This document shows, piece after piece, positions 39,529 to 51,178 of a DNA stretch of 64,000 bases. The stretch is from Lepidodermella squamata (Eukaryota; Animalia; Gastrotricha): the NCBI GenBank assembly GCA_047495785.1, contig JBLDXI010000009.1:1736001-1800000 (forward strand). The letters are read 5' to 3'. Each line of letters begins with the position of its first letter. Position 1 is the first letter of the stretch. The position numbers were made by a program, and so were the translations under genes. The notes beneath the pieces were generated by a model. It saw only the letters and a list, made by a program, of their open reading frames with translations. It had not been told where the DNA came from and did no database searches.

Positions 39529-39956
39529 ATGAATATTCGAACGAGCCGCTCATTTTGCTGCACGAAATCAGCGGCGGTAGCTCTAATAATCAGCCTCATC
39601 ATTCAAACGGCATTCTCAAATCCGGCACCAAAAGTGAAGATCTCAGATCAGTTGACTAGAGGTATGTTTACAATGCAATTTTAATAAAAATTTCACAATT
39701 GTGTCTTCAAGGACAATTATCAGCCGCTTTCAAAAGTCTGAAAGGCATGGGCGATGAAACTAAGGGTAAACTGATTCAGTCGGCTGTCGAACGGCTACGG
39801 TTCACCAATCGAATGGTGAAGTGTCTTCAGGTTTTAAAGTCAATAGATCTCTGCACAAACAAGTTCTCCTTTCATTTGTGGGCGAAAATCGTCAGCCGCT
39901 CAATTTTGAATGGCGAAACTCAATTCACGCCAGAGTGCGACGGAAAGTCGTGCTAG
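39529..39956 (+). CDS. Small secreted orphan protein (~125 aa)
   Basis: Exons 39529-39661 and 39712-39956 with a 50-nt GT-AG intron, in frame. Hydrophobic SAAVALIISLIIQTAFS then NPAP. Four Cys in the mature part. Acceptor at 39512 and AATAAA at 39975. Confidence 0.7.
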
Positions 39957-40125
39957 CAGAAAATCCTCTTGACAAATAAAATTACCGAAATTTAAGGAGA
40001 CGCTTTGCTCAACTCAACAGAAGACCGGTTTATTTTCAATTTTTCAGACATGAAAAACAAACATGGTGCCAAAGTTACTCTATTGAGGCAGGTGTTGAGC
40101 TTCGAAAGTGAGGTCCTATATAATT

Positions 40126-41742
40126 TCACTTGCTTTCTACTGGCGCACAACTTATGATAGGATGGCAGTGGTGGTTAATTTTCCCCGGAGTATCAGTGCT
40201 AGCTGCTGCGAATAGGCAGCTTGTTGATTCGGCGTGCATAAGCTTCTGAAAAAGCCGCTTCCTTTTCCGCTCCGATGATGCATCTGAAACGAGAATTTTT
40301 GCATCACCAGGTGGAACCGTGCCAACGTCGGCTTCTTCTTTGAGGGTAACAGTGCCATCTGTAACCACGATATTGCAACAGCAAGTTATATGCTCATGTT
40401 CAGGATGGTTGCTATGGTCATGCTGATGGCAGTTAAGAGCGACTCCGACTTGCTCGGGCTGAATCGTAACCGAGTGAATGCTTTCGTTGTGGAAAAATTC
40501 AATAATTTTGTCCGCAATGTCCATGTATTTCGCCGTGTCCGGTACGACGATGTGGATGCTAAAATCAATGAAACAAATTGCTAATAAAATTACAAAAAAT
40601 TCTAGACATTACCTTGCAACTAATCTGCTACCACTTAGGCGCCATATTTGTAAACTATGGTAAGAAACGACCCCAGCATTTTTCAAAGACTCGTTAAGCC
40701 GAGTCTTGAACTCAGGTTTTGCGTACTCTGGTGGCGTTTGTTGCATCAAAACTTGACTAGCTTCGTTAACTGGAAATTCACATAAATTAATTTAATTAAA
40801 AAGACAATTTTTCGAACGAACGTAATGGGAAGGTCGATGAGGACATTGCCCCGACCAAGCACAGGCTAAGGAAAGGGTCGAGATATAGCACCCATTCGGC
40901 TTCTATTTGCCAGATAAGGATGGCGATCACACATACTATGACTGATCCCATCGCGTCGCCGATAACATGGCGTAAAACCGCAGCGATATTCATTGACCGA
41001 GCTGACTTCTTTTTACCCTCAGCCCCAGCGGCTTCAGTTGTGACTAGGTTTTCTTCAGCCGTTGGGTCAAAGTCGACGTTAGCAATAGACTGAGCCCGGC
41101 TTTGCACTGCCCGCCTGCGAGGAATCCTTCGCCGGGGCAGTTTAGGAGCTGCCGGTTCGGTTTCGCCGCTTATAAATAAAACAAATGCGATGACGTTTAT
41201 GAGGAGACCGCCGAGTCCGATCAGGAACAATAGGACAGGCCGTTCAACTTTTTGAACATTGAGGAATCGCTCGATACTCTCGAGAATAATTGTGAGGCAA
41301 ACGGCCAGCATAAATACAGCATTTATCAAGGCGCCGAGGACTTCAGCCCTGGCCCAACCAAACGAGTTTCTTTCCGACTTCAATTTCGAGATCTAAAATT
41401 GTCTCAGAATTGTCCTTATGTCGCAATAAGATTTTTGAATAATTACCCGCACTGCAGCCAAGCCGACAATTAAGGCTATCAGATCCGATAGCATGTGAAA
41501 TGCATCTAAAAATCATCCTTTGAAAACTGATATTAATATGTCTGCCTTTTTACATACCTGATATCAAGGCAAGAGAATTACTGTTAACAAGCACAAAATT
41601 CAGTAATTAAAACTGCAAGGTTCATTTATAGGAAGACTTACCACATGTAGCCGGTAACGATTTCTACAAAGAAGAAACTCCCAACCAAGGCTATCATGAA
41701 GTAAAATTTCTGCTCTGTCGTTAAGCAGACTCGCATTCCCAT
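40126..41742 (-). CDS. SLC30A1: Cation diffusion facilitator, ZnT1/SLC30A1-like zinc exporter
   Basis: NSLALISDAFHMLSD (TM2 HxxxD), SFGWARAEVLGALINAVF, MNIAAVLRHVIGDAMGSVIV (TM5 HxxxD), LYLDPFLSL, LMQQTP and FHNESIHSVTIQPE. Includes a 23-nt exon at 41580-41558. Confidence 0.92.
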
Positions 41743-42674
41743 TTTTAGTCGCAATTCTAATGGATAGGCCTTAGCCTAAAGTGTTCTCATTGTAAAATCT
41801 ATGAGCAGATCGGTTTTGACCTGAGTCTAGACAAACATATAGCACAGGCGCGGAAATAAAAAAAAGCCCCTCAGTTTTACGCGTAGAAGTGCTTATGCAT
41901 TTATATATAAAAGCGACATATGTATTATAATATTCATATAATAATATTGCAGTACGTCGGTGCAACTATAATATGCAGTCAGCGATATTTTTTTCACGTG
42001 TGCATAAGCTTTGACGATATGTTTGCGCTATAGCATCTGCATCGGAGGCGAAAAATTATTTTTTATTATATAAGTAAGAGCAATCGCGGCGAGTTTAAAA
42101 TTATATCAAATGTATTTTTAATGCGTTTTACAGCCACTCCCATTCATACTTATAGTGGCAATTATACGCACCACATTACGACATAGGCGCGGTCGAATAA
42201 CTTGAATGCTTTGACAGACTCGTTTTCACGCATCGCGACGAAAATCAAGGAAGTCGATTCAAAAAATCGATACGCACTGGATTCGGACGTGCTATGCCAA
42301 CGAAGGGTTTTCATCATAATTTGTATAAAATGTTGGAATGAAATGCGGACATGAGAAAACAGGCATCAATGCAAGGTTTTTACTCGTTTTATTTCTCGAA
42401 TAAAAATGATACTTGGGGGAGGAAAAGTAGCTCAATATGTCACCATAAATCGTAGGGTAAATAAGACAAGTTTGATTAGAAGGTGAGTCAGAGGCCAGGA
42501 GCTTAAACTCGAAGAAAGAAACAGAACATGACGCCTTAAATCATTGAGTAGGTAATAATAGTTTGAACTCAAAAGCTTGAATGACATATGGACGATAGGT
42601 CAGCATATTATAGCTTCCGCACAGCATTAAAGGAAAATTGTCTGAGTGCTTCCTATGCTCATTTGCAGAGTCAA

Positions 42675-45600
42675 TCAAATCCAGTATAGGACTCGCCCAG
42701 GATCCATTCTAGTGACTTCCCGGGCATGATTCAAGTAACTTTGTTTCGCTGCTGCCGGCTTTGGCTTGGCCTAGAAAAATTAAGGGTACAAAAATAGAAG
42801 AATGCCAGCGGTGAGATTTCAGATGTTACCCTCAGATGATATTTAGCACGTTCTGCAGCCAAATGGGCATGGTAAATTGGAGCAGGAATGGATACTGCCT
42901 TTGGGCATCTTGGGAACAAGTGACACATGGCGAAACTAAGATAAACGATTTCGTCAGGATGGAACTTCGAGTCGTCATAAAGAACGACATAATGGGATGG
43001 TTTGGCGGTGCCCTGCGCATAGTAATTTCCCATAATTATCATTGAAAACTCTAAATTCCAGACTTACCAGTTGCGACTTGTGGGGAACCAAAAACCAATC
43101 AAAGAATCGAAACGGCTGAGTGACATCAACTTCGATCAAGGTTCCAGGCGACACCTGCGAAGCCTTCCCATTCTTATCAACATCGAAAAACTTGGTTTTA
43201 ATGCGCTTTCTAACGACGACGTAGGTGATCAATGGCTTGCAACCCAGATCCATGCATGCCTATAGACTCGCAATTAGTTCAGACATGATTTTACTAAAAA
43301 ATTGAATTTATGCTTACTGCTTGGATTTGCCTCAGCTCTTTCTGTAGAACTTCTACATACTGACCCTCCGAAACGCCGTCGCGATAGAAGATGATTTTTC
43401 TGGGATTTTCGCCAGTGTTTTCCCGGAAGGCATTCAGTAGTGTTTTCATTGTTTCACGCATGTCGCTTATCCACTCCTGAGTACAGTTTGCATTTTCCTT
43501 AGCCTTACGCGACTGAGGCGTTATGACAGATATGTAACGAGTCGCGGTCAAATCGATACTACCAACCACAGCTGCAATCGACGGTTGTTCATCCTTTTCC
43601 TCCGGCCCTGCATGGGTAACGTCAGCGCCGACGACGAGGACTGGTTCATCGAAAAGCGGCGGTCGGTTTGGAATCTTCAACGATTCCTGGGATAAGGCAA
43701 AATTGACACCGCCGAGCTTTGCGTTTACTTTCAGCATCACGTTATCCCAATACATCGGGTTCTGCATTTTGTCCCATTTCCCGACATCCACGCATTGGGT
43801 GGCAATCGAGTGCTTTCTATCGCCAAGCTGCTTGATATAAGCTTGAAAAATAGGTTAGTAAACACGAGCTATCAATTGATATAGAAAGTTACTAGGTACC
43901 GTAATTTTGAGAAAGCGCTTTCTTGTCCACGAGAAACAGGCAAAATGTAACCTCAGCTTTGCCAAGCGCTTCAAAGCACTGTTCAATAGTCTCTTTTGTT
44001 GTAGCTTGCTTCACTATTGGTTTCACCGAAGCTTGAATACTCTTTCGGGAAAGACCATTCAGGAACATATCGATTACAGGTGAAACCCATCTCTCGAGAT
44101 CAGCCAAGCTGCATTGATCTGAGGCTTCAACAACTGCCCACTTTCCAATGTCCCTAGGCGATTCCAGAAACTGATTACCGACGAAAAATGCTCCGAGTTC
44201 TTTAGGATTAGGCTGACAATGAAAAATTTATGAATACCATTCATAACTATAACCAAACGAACGCACCTGTAACTTCTTGTTGTTGCGGCCTTCCATTTCA
44301 ACAGGAGGAAGGATACGAGCCTCTTTGATTCTGATTGGCTCATATGAAAGCTGGATTCCAAGCTGTTCCATCAAACTACGTTGCTCACGCGAGGCGAATT
44401 TTTCGCGGAAATCATCAATCGTTCTCTGATAACGCTCAGCAGGCTTCAGGTATTCATTCATGTAGCCGACAAGTTTGCGCTGTTCTTCACTTTCGCGACG
44501 GGTCGCAGACAGTTGTCCCGGTTGAATTGTGCAAAATTCGAGAGGGATCAGCTCTTCATTTTTACTCCTGACCTGGTGACAAAATGTGAAAGAATTAGTT
44601 TCTGCTCTCAACAAAATTACACCAAATACTTTAACCAAGGGAAGATTAGGGCGAACTTCTACGTGATGAATTTCACGATAATAATCTTTCAGAAACCACA
44701 TTTTCGCCGAATCCCGATCTTTGAACCTGCAAAACAATTCCACTATAAAATTTGCTGCGAGCGATCATTTGAATAATAAACTTCTTCGTTGCAGGGGTTT
44801 CACTGACGAGCTCGACAAAAATTCGCCCCCGTTGCTTTTTAGCGCCGAATTGGATGTCGATCTTCAAATTCGGCTTCAATTCTGAATTAGGAAGTCGCAT
44901 AAAATTGGTTCATTCGGTTCATTCAGAGTATAACTTACCCCATAAAACTTGATTAGCTCTTTTAACGTCACTTCCTGATTTGGTGTAAATTTCGAGCAAA
45001 GTCTGTTCTTTGATAACAACAGCGGCTGTGGCTGAATAAATGGGCAATTTTTGAAGAATGAAATTAAGCCGGAAATCTACACTAACGATCAAACAGCAAT
45101 GTCATGGTCCATTCACCTTGGCGGACACTTGAGTAGAAACCTGCCCATAACTGCTTGTAAGGATTCCTGATGTCATAAGGCCCCGGCATCGGGTAGTAAA
45201 AGCTATGGGCCCGATGAGTCGTGAACCTGTCATTGGATAGAAAACAATTGGGCAGCTACTCATGTGAATAATCGAGTGCTACCTGAGTTTCGGATTAGTC
45301 ATCGTCAATATTTCAAGCCCGGCCAAGACCTCGCTGACATCGCTAACATCGAAATTGAGGAGATCAGCCAAACCAAGTTCCCCCGTGAATTTTTCAATTT
45401 TAATATTGAACACCTGCACTCTTCCATCGTCATTCCATTTAACTGTCCAGGTCTGAAAGAAAATTAAAATTATAGAGCATACAGATGCCACTAGAAAATG
45501 TGACCTCGGGAAAATTCAATTCAGTCAAAGTGTAGACATTTTTGTCGCCATCGTAGCCGTAAGTAACAGAACGGAGCGCCTTAAAAGCCTGATCAACAAT

Positions 45601-46091
45601 TTGACGCCGCTTCAGTTTGTTCTTAATAGTTGCTCTTTCAGCGCTCTGAGCGAAAACTTCAATGTGATATCGAAATATTGACTTTGACGTAGCAGGGTCT
45701 ATATTCATGACGAAATGATTAGCTCGAATAGTTTTGATTTCACGGCCCATAGTACAGAACAGAAATTGACCGGTTTCCCGATATTTGGGGCGGCTAATCG
45801 GAGCTGTTGAAGAGATATAAGCACAACCGTCAATATTTCAAGCAATTTACATACTGAGTGCCGCTTTTGAAGAACTTTCAGAGACAGAAACTGCGGACAT
45901 CGCAGTCGTAACTTCGACCATTGTCTCACAAGTTGCAGCTTCGTGCTGAGAAGCGACCGAGGCCGAATACGTTTTCTTAGGTCCCTCTTTCGGCGGCGGC
46001 TGTTGTTCTTTGCTGTTTTTACCCTGCTTCTATAATAAATCGATTCAACACTTCGAAGTGAAATATTAAAACTAACCGATCTCCTTGGCAT
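42675..46091 (-). CDS. Ago: Argonaute (AGO clade, divergent) with N, PAZ, MID and PIWI domains and an intact DEDH tetrad
   Basis: RANHF, GYDGDKNVYT, PAZ LIPLEFC, MID YAYIKQLGD...TQC, LKVNAKLGGVN, GADVTH, QEWI, FYRDGVSEGQY, GTAKPSHY and VSIPAPIYHAHLAAER. The protein ends LYWI. More than ten short introns. Confidence 0.95.
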
Positions 46092-46899
46092 CTTTTGAAC
46101 AGGAATCACAATTTTCAGTAGGAAAACATCTAAATTTCCCGTAAATTCCCTGAAATTGAACTGAATAGATATTTCGAAGGCTTTCGAAAGACCCGAAACG
46201 GGCAGTAAGTAAAATTTCACAGTGGCTTGCTTGCGTAAAATGATATATTAGCGAACGAGACGTGGAATTCACAAATGCCTTGTAATATAGCAGTCGCTGA
46301 GAACTGACCCGCAATAAATCAAATTACTCAGCCTTCTTTTGGCAAAGCGTAATATTATCAAAAATAAGGAACACCCATAAAATAATGGATTTTTTCCAGA
46401 AGTTATTGAGTTTCCAGCGCTATTTAGAAAGTTACTTGGAGCAACAACAGCTGCAGGTTTTTGCTATTCATCTAATGACTTCATTTCAATGTGTCATGTG
46501 TCGCAGTGATAATTCCGATGAATGATTAATGGTAACCTATGTGAACTCTCTCGATTCTCGGTGCGTTAAGGGGGAGGTAACATCATATAATATGAATCAT
46601 CGTTGGAGTATCGGTCAGCCAAAGAAATTGATAAAAGTAGATAGCGCAACCATTTACGGAGGAAGAGAAAATCAAAAAGCAAAAGGAGTGTGTTTCGGCG
46701 CAAAATTTCGCCTGTGACGCAGTCGTCACAGAGAACACGCGCAAAAAGTGTCGCAAGTTTTGTGCGCGGACCTCAAAAGCGGCTCACGCCGTTTCTACGC
46801 GCGCAAAAAGCTTGAGTTTTAGCTCAATTCTACCAGTTTTATTTAGATGAAGCTGAAATTCTGTATTTATTAACATTATAATAAGTTCATTAGTTATGG

Positions 46900-47600
46900 A
46901 AACGTTGAGAGTGAAACAAATGGCTAAAAAAATCACAGAGCCGCACGTGATCGCTAAGTTGTTGACGCTTGAGAGCTGCAGTCGGATTGTTTTCTTTATT
47001 TTTCAGCTCGCGGAAATGAACATTTCCAATAAAAGCAGCGGAAATCGGGCACTTGGCCTGCTGCGCGCACACCAGCGACACTCGCCTGAAATGCGCAGTC
47101 ACTGCGAAAAGTGCGACACGGCGGCGTGCGACAGCGTGTCGCAGCCTTTGAGGAGTAGAAATACAAAGTAACAGCCGTGGAATACAAAACGCAGTGTGAC
47201 GAAATTCACTCAAGATGTGGCAAGTGATTTCAGCTGTATCTCTTATCTATGACAGGCGACAACTGACGCATAATATAATCAGCAGTATCGCGCAACACCA
47301 AATTTTCAAAGATGAAGATAAGGCCGAAGTCGCTTTCCACGTCAATATGAAAAGGTACACTGTTGTCCTAATATTGCTCTTTAGGTGGTTCGGTGTACTC
47401 AATGGTACGCAGTGCCCCTTTTTATCATCGAACTGATAAAGCCGTGATTAATCGTGTGGGTGTTCGACTTACAGCGACGCAAATGATATAACCTCCTCTC
47501 GTCACGCCGATTCTCCAGTTGATAGTCAAAAGGGTGCGTATGGCGTCATTTGCGTATGACGTTAGCGCAAATGTCGGTGTGCGCAAAGGGAGTGTGTTTA
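46900..47600 (+). mobile_element. Possible piggyBac-like relic (Cys-rich tail and AAAGGG end)
   Basis: RSHCEKCDTAACD resembles the piggyBac C-terminal Cys-rich domain. gtgcgcaaaggg at ~47578-47590 resembles a piggyBac end but lacks an adjacent TTAA. Confidence 0.25.
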
Positions 47601-47926
47601 AGTTACGTCTCAGCATTCTGCATCGCCGTGGGTGATCTGTATATCTTCGGTTCCATTGCGATGATAATTGAACGCAAATACCTGTTGATCTTTTGATAGG
47701 TCAAATCATTTGCATAAAAAACCATCGTTTCAATTTTATGTTGTTGCTGTAATAATTTGAACTTGGACAAGGAAAATAGTGATGAAGCGTAGTTTGTTCT
47801 CAGACCAATTAAATAAAGCTTTTCCAAAGAAATATCATCCACTGCGTCATTTTAATATCGAGCGATTAATGAGACCTCCAATTACAAAGATAAAAATGAA
47901 CTTTGATAAAATGAAGATTCTGAAAA

Positions 47927-50846
47927 ATGAGCAGTTCCTATGTGAAAAACTTCGCGGTTGTAACTTACGTATTCCTGCATCTAATTTGCCATCTGTTATC
48001 GACAGGTAATGTTTGCTTTTGTCTTTGCTTCTTGCTCATCAATCCCGGCTATTTTAGATGCTCTGGTAATTGATGGAACCAGAGATTTTAGGAAGCGGTT
48101 TGAAATCGATGCAAGGTCGAACGACAACACCAATGTCAACGACGTTCATGTCAAGCTGAAGCTGCCATTCAGCCAAAATGGCAAACCTGACTTTCAAATA
48201 ATCGGAGTAGTGCCTGAGACGCATAAGCTAGGCGAGCCGCCTGTTGCCGCTAAGGAGCAAATTCTGGCAATGATTCCCGAAGCACCATCGGCGAAGGTTC
48301 CTGAAGCTCCATTAGCGACGATTCCTGAAGCTCCGGTAGCAAAGGTCCCTGAAGCTCCATTGGCAACGATTCCCGAAGCTCCGATAGCGAGGGTTCCCGA
48401 ATTTCCATTGCCCGCGATTTTCGAAGCCCCAATATCGAAGGTTCCTGAAGCTCCGTTGCCAGTTATTCCCGAAGCTTCATTGGGAGCTATTCCTGAAGCT
48501 CCTATTGCGGCAATTCCTGAAGCTCCTATTGTGGCGATTCCGGAAGCAACGATTCCCGAAACAACAACGATAGCAACTCTGCCACCACCGCCACCACCCG
48601 CCCCGCCAGCATTCCAAGGTCAAATTTTAATTTAATTTAATTTAATAAAACTTGGGAGCTTTTCAGATCTTCGAATTACGATGACTCGGAAGAAATTCAA
48701 AATGCCGAACGGGCAGGTTCTAAGTTTCAATCAACAGCTGCGCGACCCGGTGACCTTCTACTACCAAACTGTCGAGCTTGCTTCGGTCAAAGCGGTTTGC
48801 TCTACATCACCGCCTCATTTTATTAATTTATTCACACTTAATACAGCTCGAATTCATTCTCGATCAAGCTGGCGTGAAATTCCAGAAGACGATAAAATTG
48901 ATCGGATTTCAGTAATTATTTCATACTTCAACTGTTCGATATATGTCATCTTTTTCTTTAGGCCTACCCCATTTACAGCAGTTATGATAGCTTCAATCGC
49001 AGGCTCAGATTTCGAGAGAACCAAATCATTTTTCGTCCAATATCCCCAATGGTTCCAACACGAGACAGCCGGAATTAGGGTCGTCAATACCAAGCTGTTA
49101 ATGGCGAATCCTGTCGACACCAATGGCGAAACTCTCATCATAGACACTTTGCCCATTGAAGACAGTGATTTGTTCAGGCAAATTGTCACCGCGAAAGCCG
49201 ACTATTTGTGCTCTGATCCGTTGATAGGCTTCTGTTCCTGTGTATCGTCTCTAATAGATTGCCCTGATGGTCGAACGGCCGTCGATGTTGGCGAGGATGT
49301 TTGCAGCAAATTTTGTTTACCGGTTCGTCCTAAAGCCTAATAATTAAAAATTTGATTGCTCCTTTTTCAGCTTATTCAACACGCTCAGCAATGTTATTCG
49401 AACCAGCAAGACTGTGTCTGCATTACTCAGGGATCGGTAACGAATGAAAGCTGCTCAAACGTAAGTTTTAGACCGTTTATACACGCTTTTTATGCATTTA
49501 TTTATTGCCTGATATTCATTATTGATTTTTGTTGCAGATGCAAATTTATGCGTCAACAGACAACTGCGTTGCTGATTGCGCCCAGGTACAGATTTGTATA
49601 GATGGCCGCTTTGCCTTGGAACTTTTCTATATTGACTTTCGTCAAGGTTATGATTGCTTTGCCAACAACAACTGTTCCAACAACGACTACTACAACGACA
49701 ACTGAAGCGACTACAACAACGGAAAAGACGACCACAACTGAGACTACTACCACAACTACTACAACAACAGAAGCTCCTACTACAACTACAACAACTGAAC
49801 CCCCTACTACAACTACAACAACAGAGGCCCCTACTACAACTACAACAACGGCTCCATCTACAACAACTGAAGAAATAACGACTTCCAAAATTCAGGAAAT
49901 ACCCTTGGCAATACTTGCTGTCGAAGAATCGAATCCCGCCACAACACAAACGCCGTCATTTCATGACATTGTACAAGTACCCGCCGAAATTGTTGTAGTT
50001 CCAGTTATTCAAGAAACGACAACTTTGAAAATTCAAGAAATTGAGATTCCTGCAATTGAAATTGCCGAACTAGAGCCGAAGATCCCTGAAATCAAACTTG
50101 TCGAGCAGGAGTCAACGACGACAGCGAAAACGCTAGCAGTTCCTGTCGAAGCGATTGAAGGAGTGCTGCTTCCTGCTATCATGATTGCGGAAGAAATACC
50201 TTCAACTAAAACGATTGTTGAAGAGACGAATACTCCTCCGACTACAACAGTAAATTCAATCGCTGCAGAACCGGCTACTCTTACGGCAATTCTGGAACCT
50301 AGACAGGCTTCAGTGCAGCCCGCTGGCTCGTTATTGCAACTGATGCAACAGTCAGCTCCGGCTTATGTTAGTTTTTCAATATTTAAATCAAAATGAAATT
50401 AGGGCTTTTTACGCAGGCCATTTTCCCACCGGCAAATTCTGTCATTTGCGCCGACCCAGCTGTGAACTTTTGCTCCTGTGTGGCCAAGGAAGAAGATTGC
50501 CCTGCAAAGCGCGGTGTTCTCGAAATCGGCGATGGCGCAGTTTGCCAAGCTATCTGCGGGGTAATTTTCCGAAATCAGTGCAATAAAACCCATACTTCAG
50601 TTCGGTTTTTCTGTAGTTCGTATTCCTGAACACTGAGACTATTCAATGTCGGCCAATTGCCAGCATTCCCGGTGAATGTTTCTGCTTCAGAAAATCCGAA
50701 GCCTCGGATATAACGGGCTGTGAAATCGTGAGTTTTCATCAATGTTATCACATCCAGTATTTTCATTTTATGATGATTTTCAGACTAATCACTTTGCTAC
50801 ATTGCGTGAATGCGGTGCCAGCTGCTTAGCACTTATCAAAGAATGA
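47927..50846 (+). CDS. Secreted mucin-like protein: PEAP repeats, SEA-like domain, two 12-Cys blocks flanking a Thr-rich stalk
   Basis: Signal peptide MSSSYVKNFAVVTYVFLHLICHLLSTDA (exon 47927-48005). 8-aa PEAP repeats. SEA-like LSFNQQLRDPVTFYYQTVE. Cys blocks at ~49200-49585 and ~50400-50846. AATAAA at 50955. Confidence 0.8.
48273..48560 (+). repeat. Coding 24-nt tandem repeat, about 11 copies of (I/V)PEAP(L/I/V)Ax
   Basis: Repeated ttcc(t/c)gaagctcc units. Confidence 0.9.
49663..49880 (+). repeat. Thr-rich (ACA/ACT)n mucin repeat, TTTTTTEAP units
   Basis: actacaactacaacaac repeats encoding PTTTTTTE. Confidence 0.9.
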
Positions 50847-51178
50847 TAATTTCCAATTCCTCCAGCAGTTCGCTGGATCCTACGCTCCGAATTTTGGTTG
50901 ATAGAAAATTGACTTCTCCTATTTACTTGAACCAAATGTTATATTTTTCGATCGAATAAAGTCATGGCGTTTATTTTCATGATTTTTCAAGACAGCTGCA
51001 TAACAGGAAGAACAAAAATCAGCTTTGCGATAAAAAAGATGTTGTAAATAATTGATCAGTAGGTGCTACAATGCAAAAAGCAGGGAAATTAGTTTTGCAT
51101 GTTTTCAAAAATTGAGATCATTTTTCGTATGTAACAGTGCAGTTTCAAGGATATATAGATTGTAGAAAAAATGTCCCA

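Noticed and set aside
49455-49949. Val-rich and Cys-rich minus-strand ORFs
   Set aside because: Antisense shadows of the Thr-rich mucin repeat.
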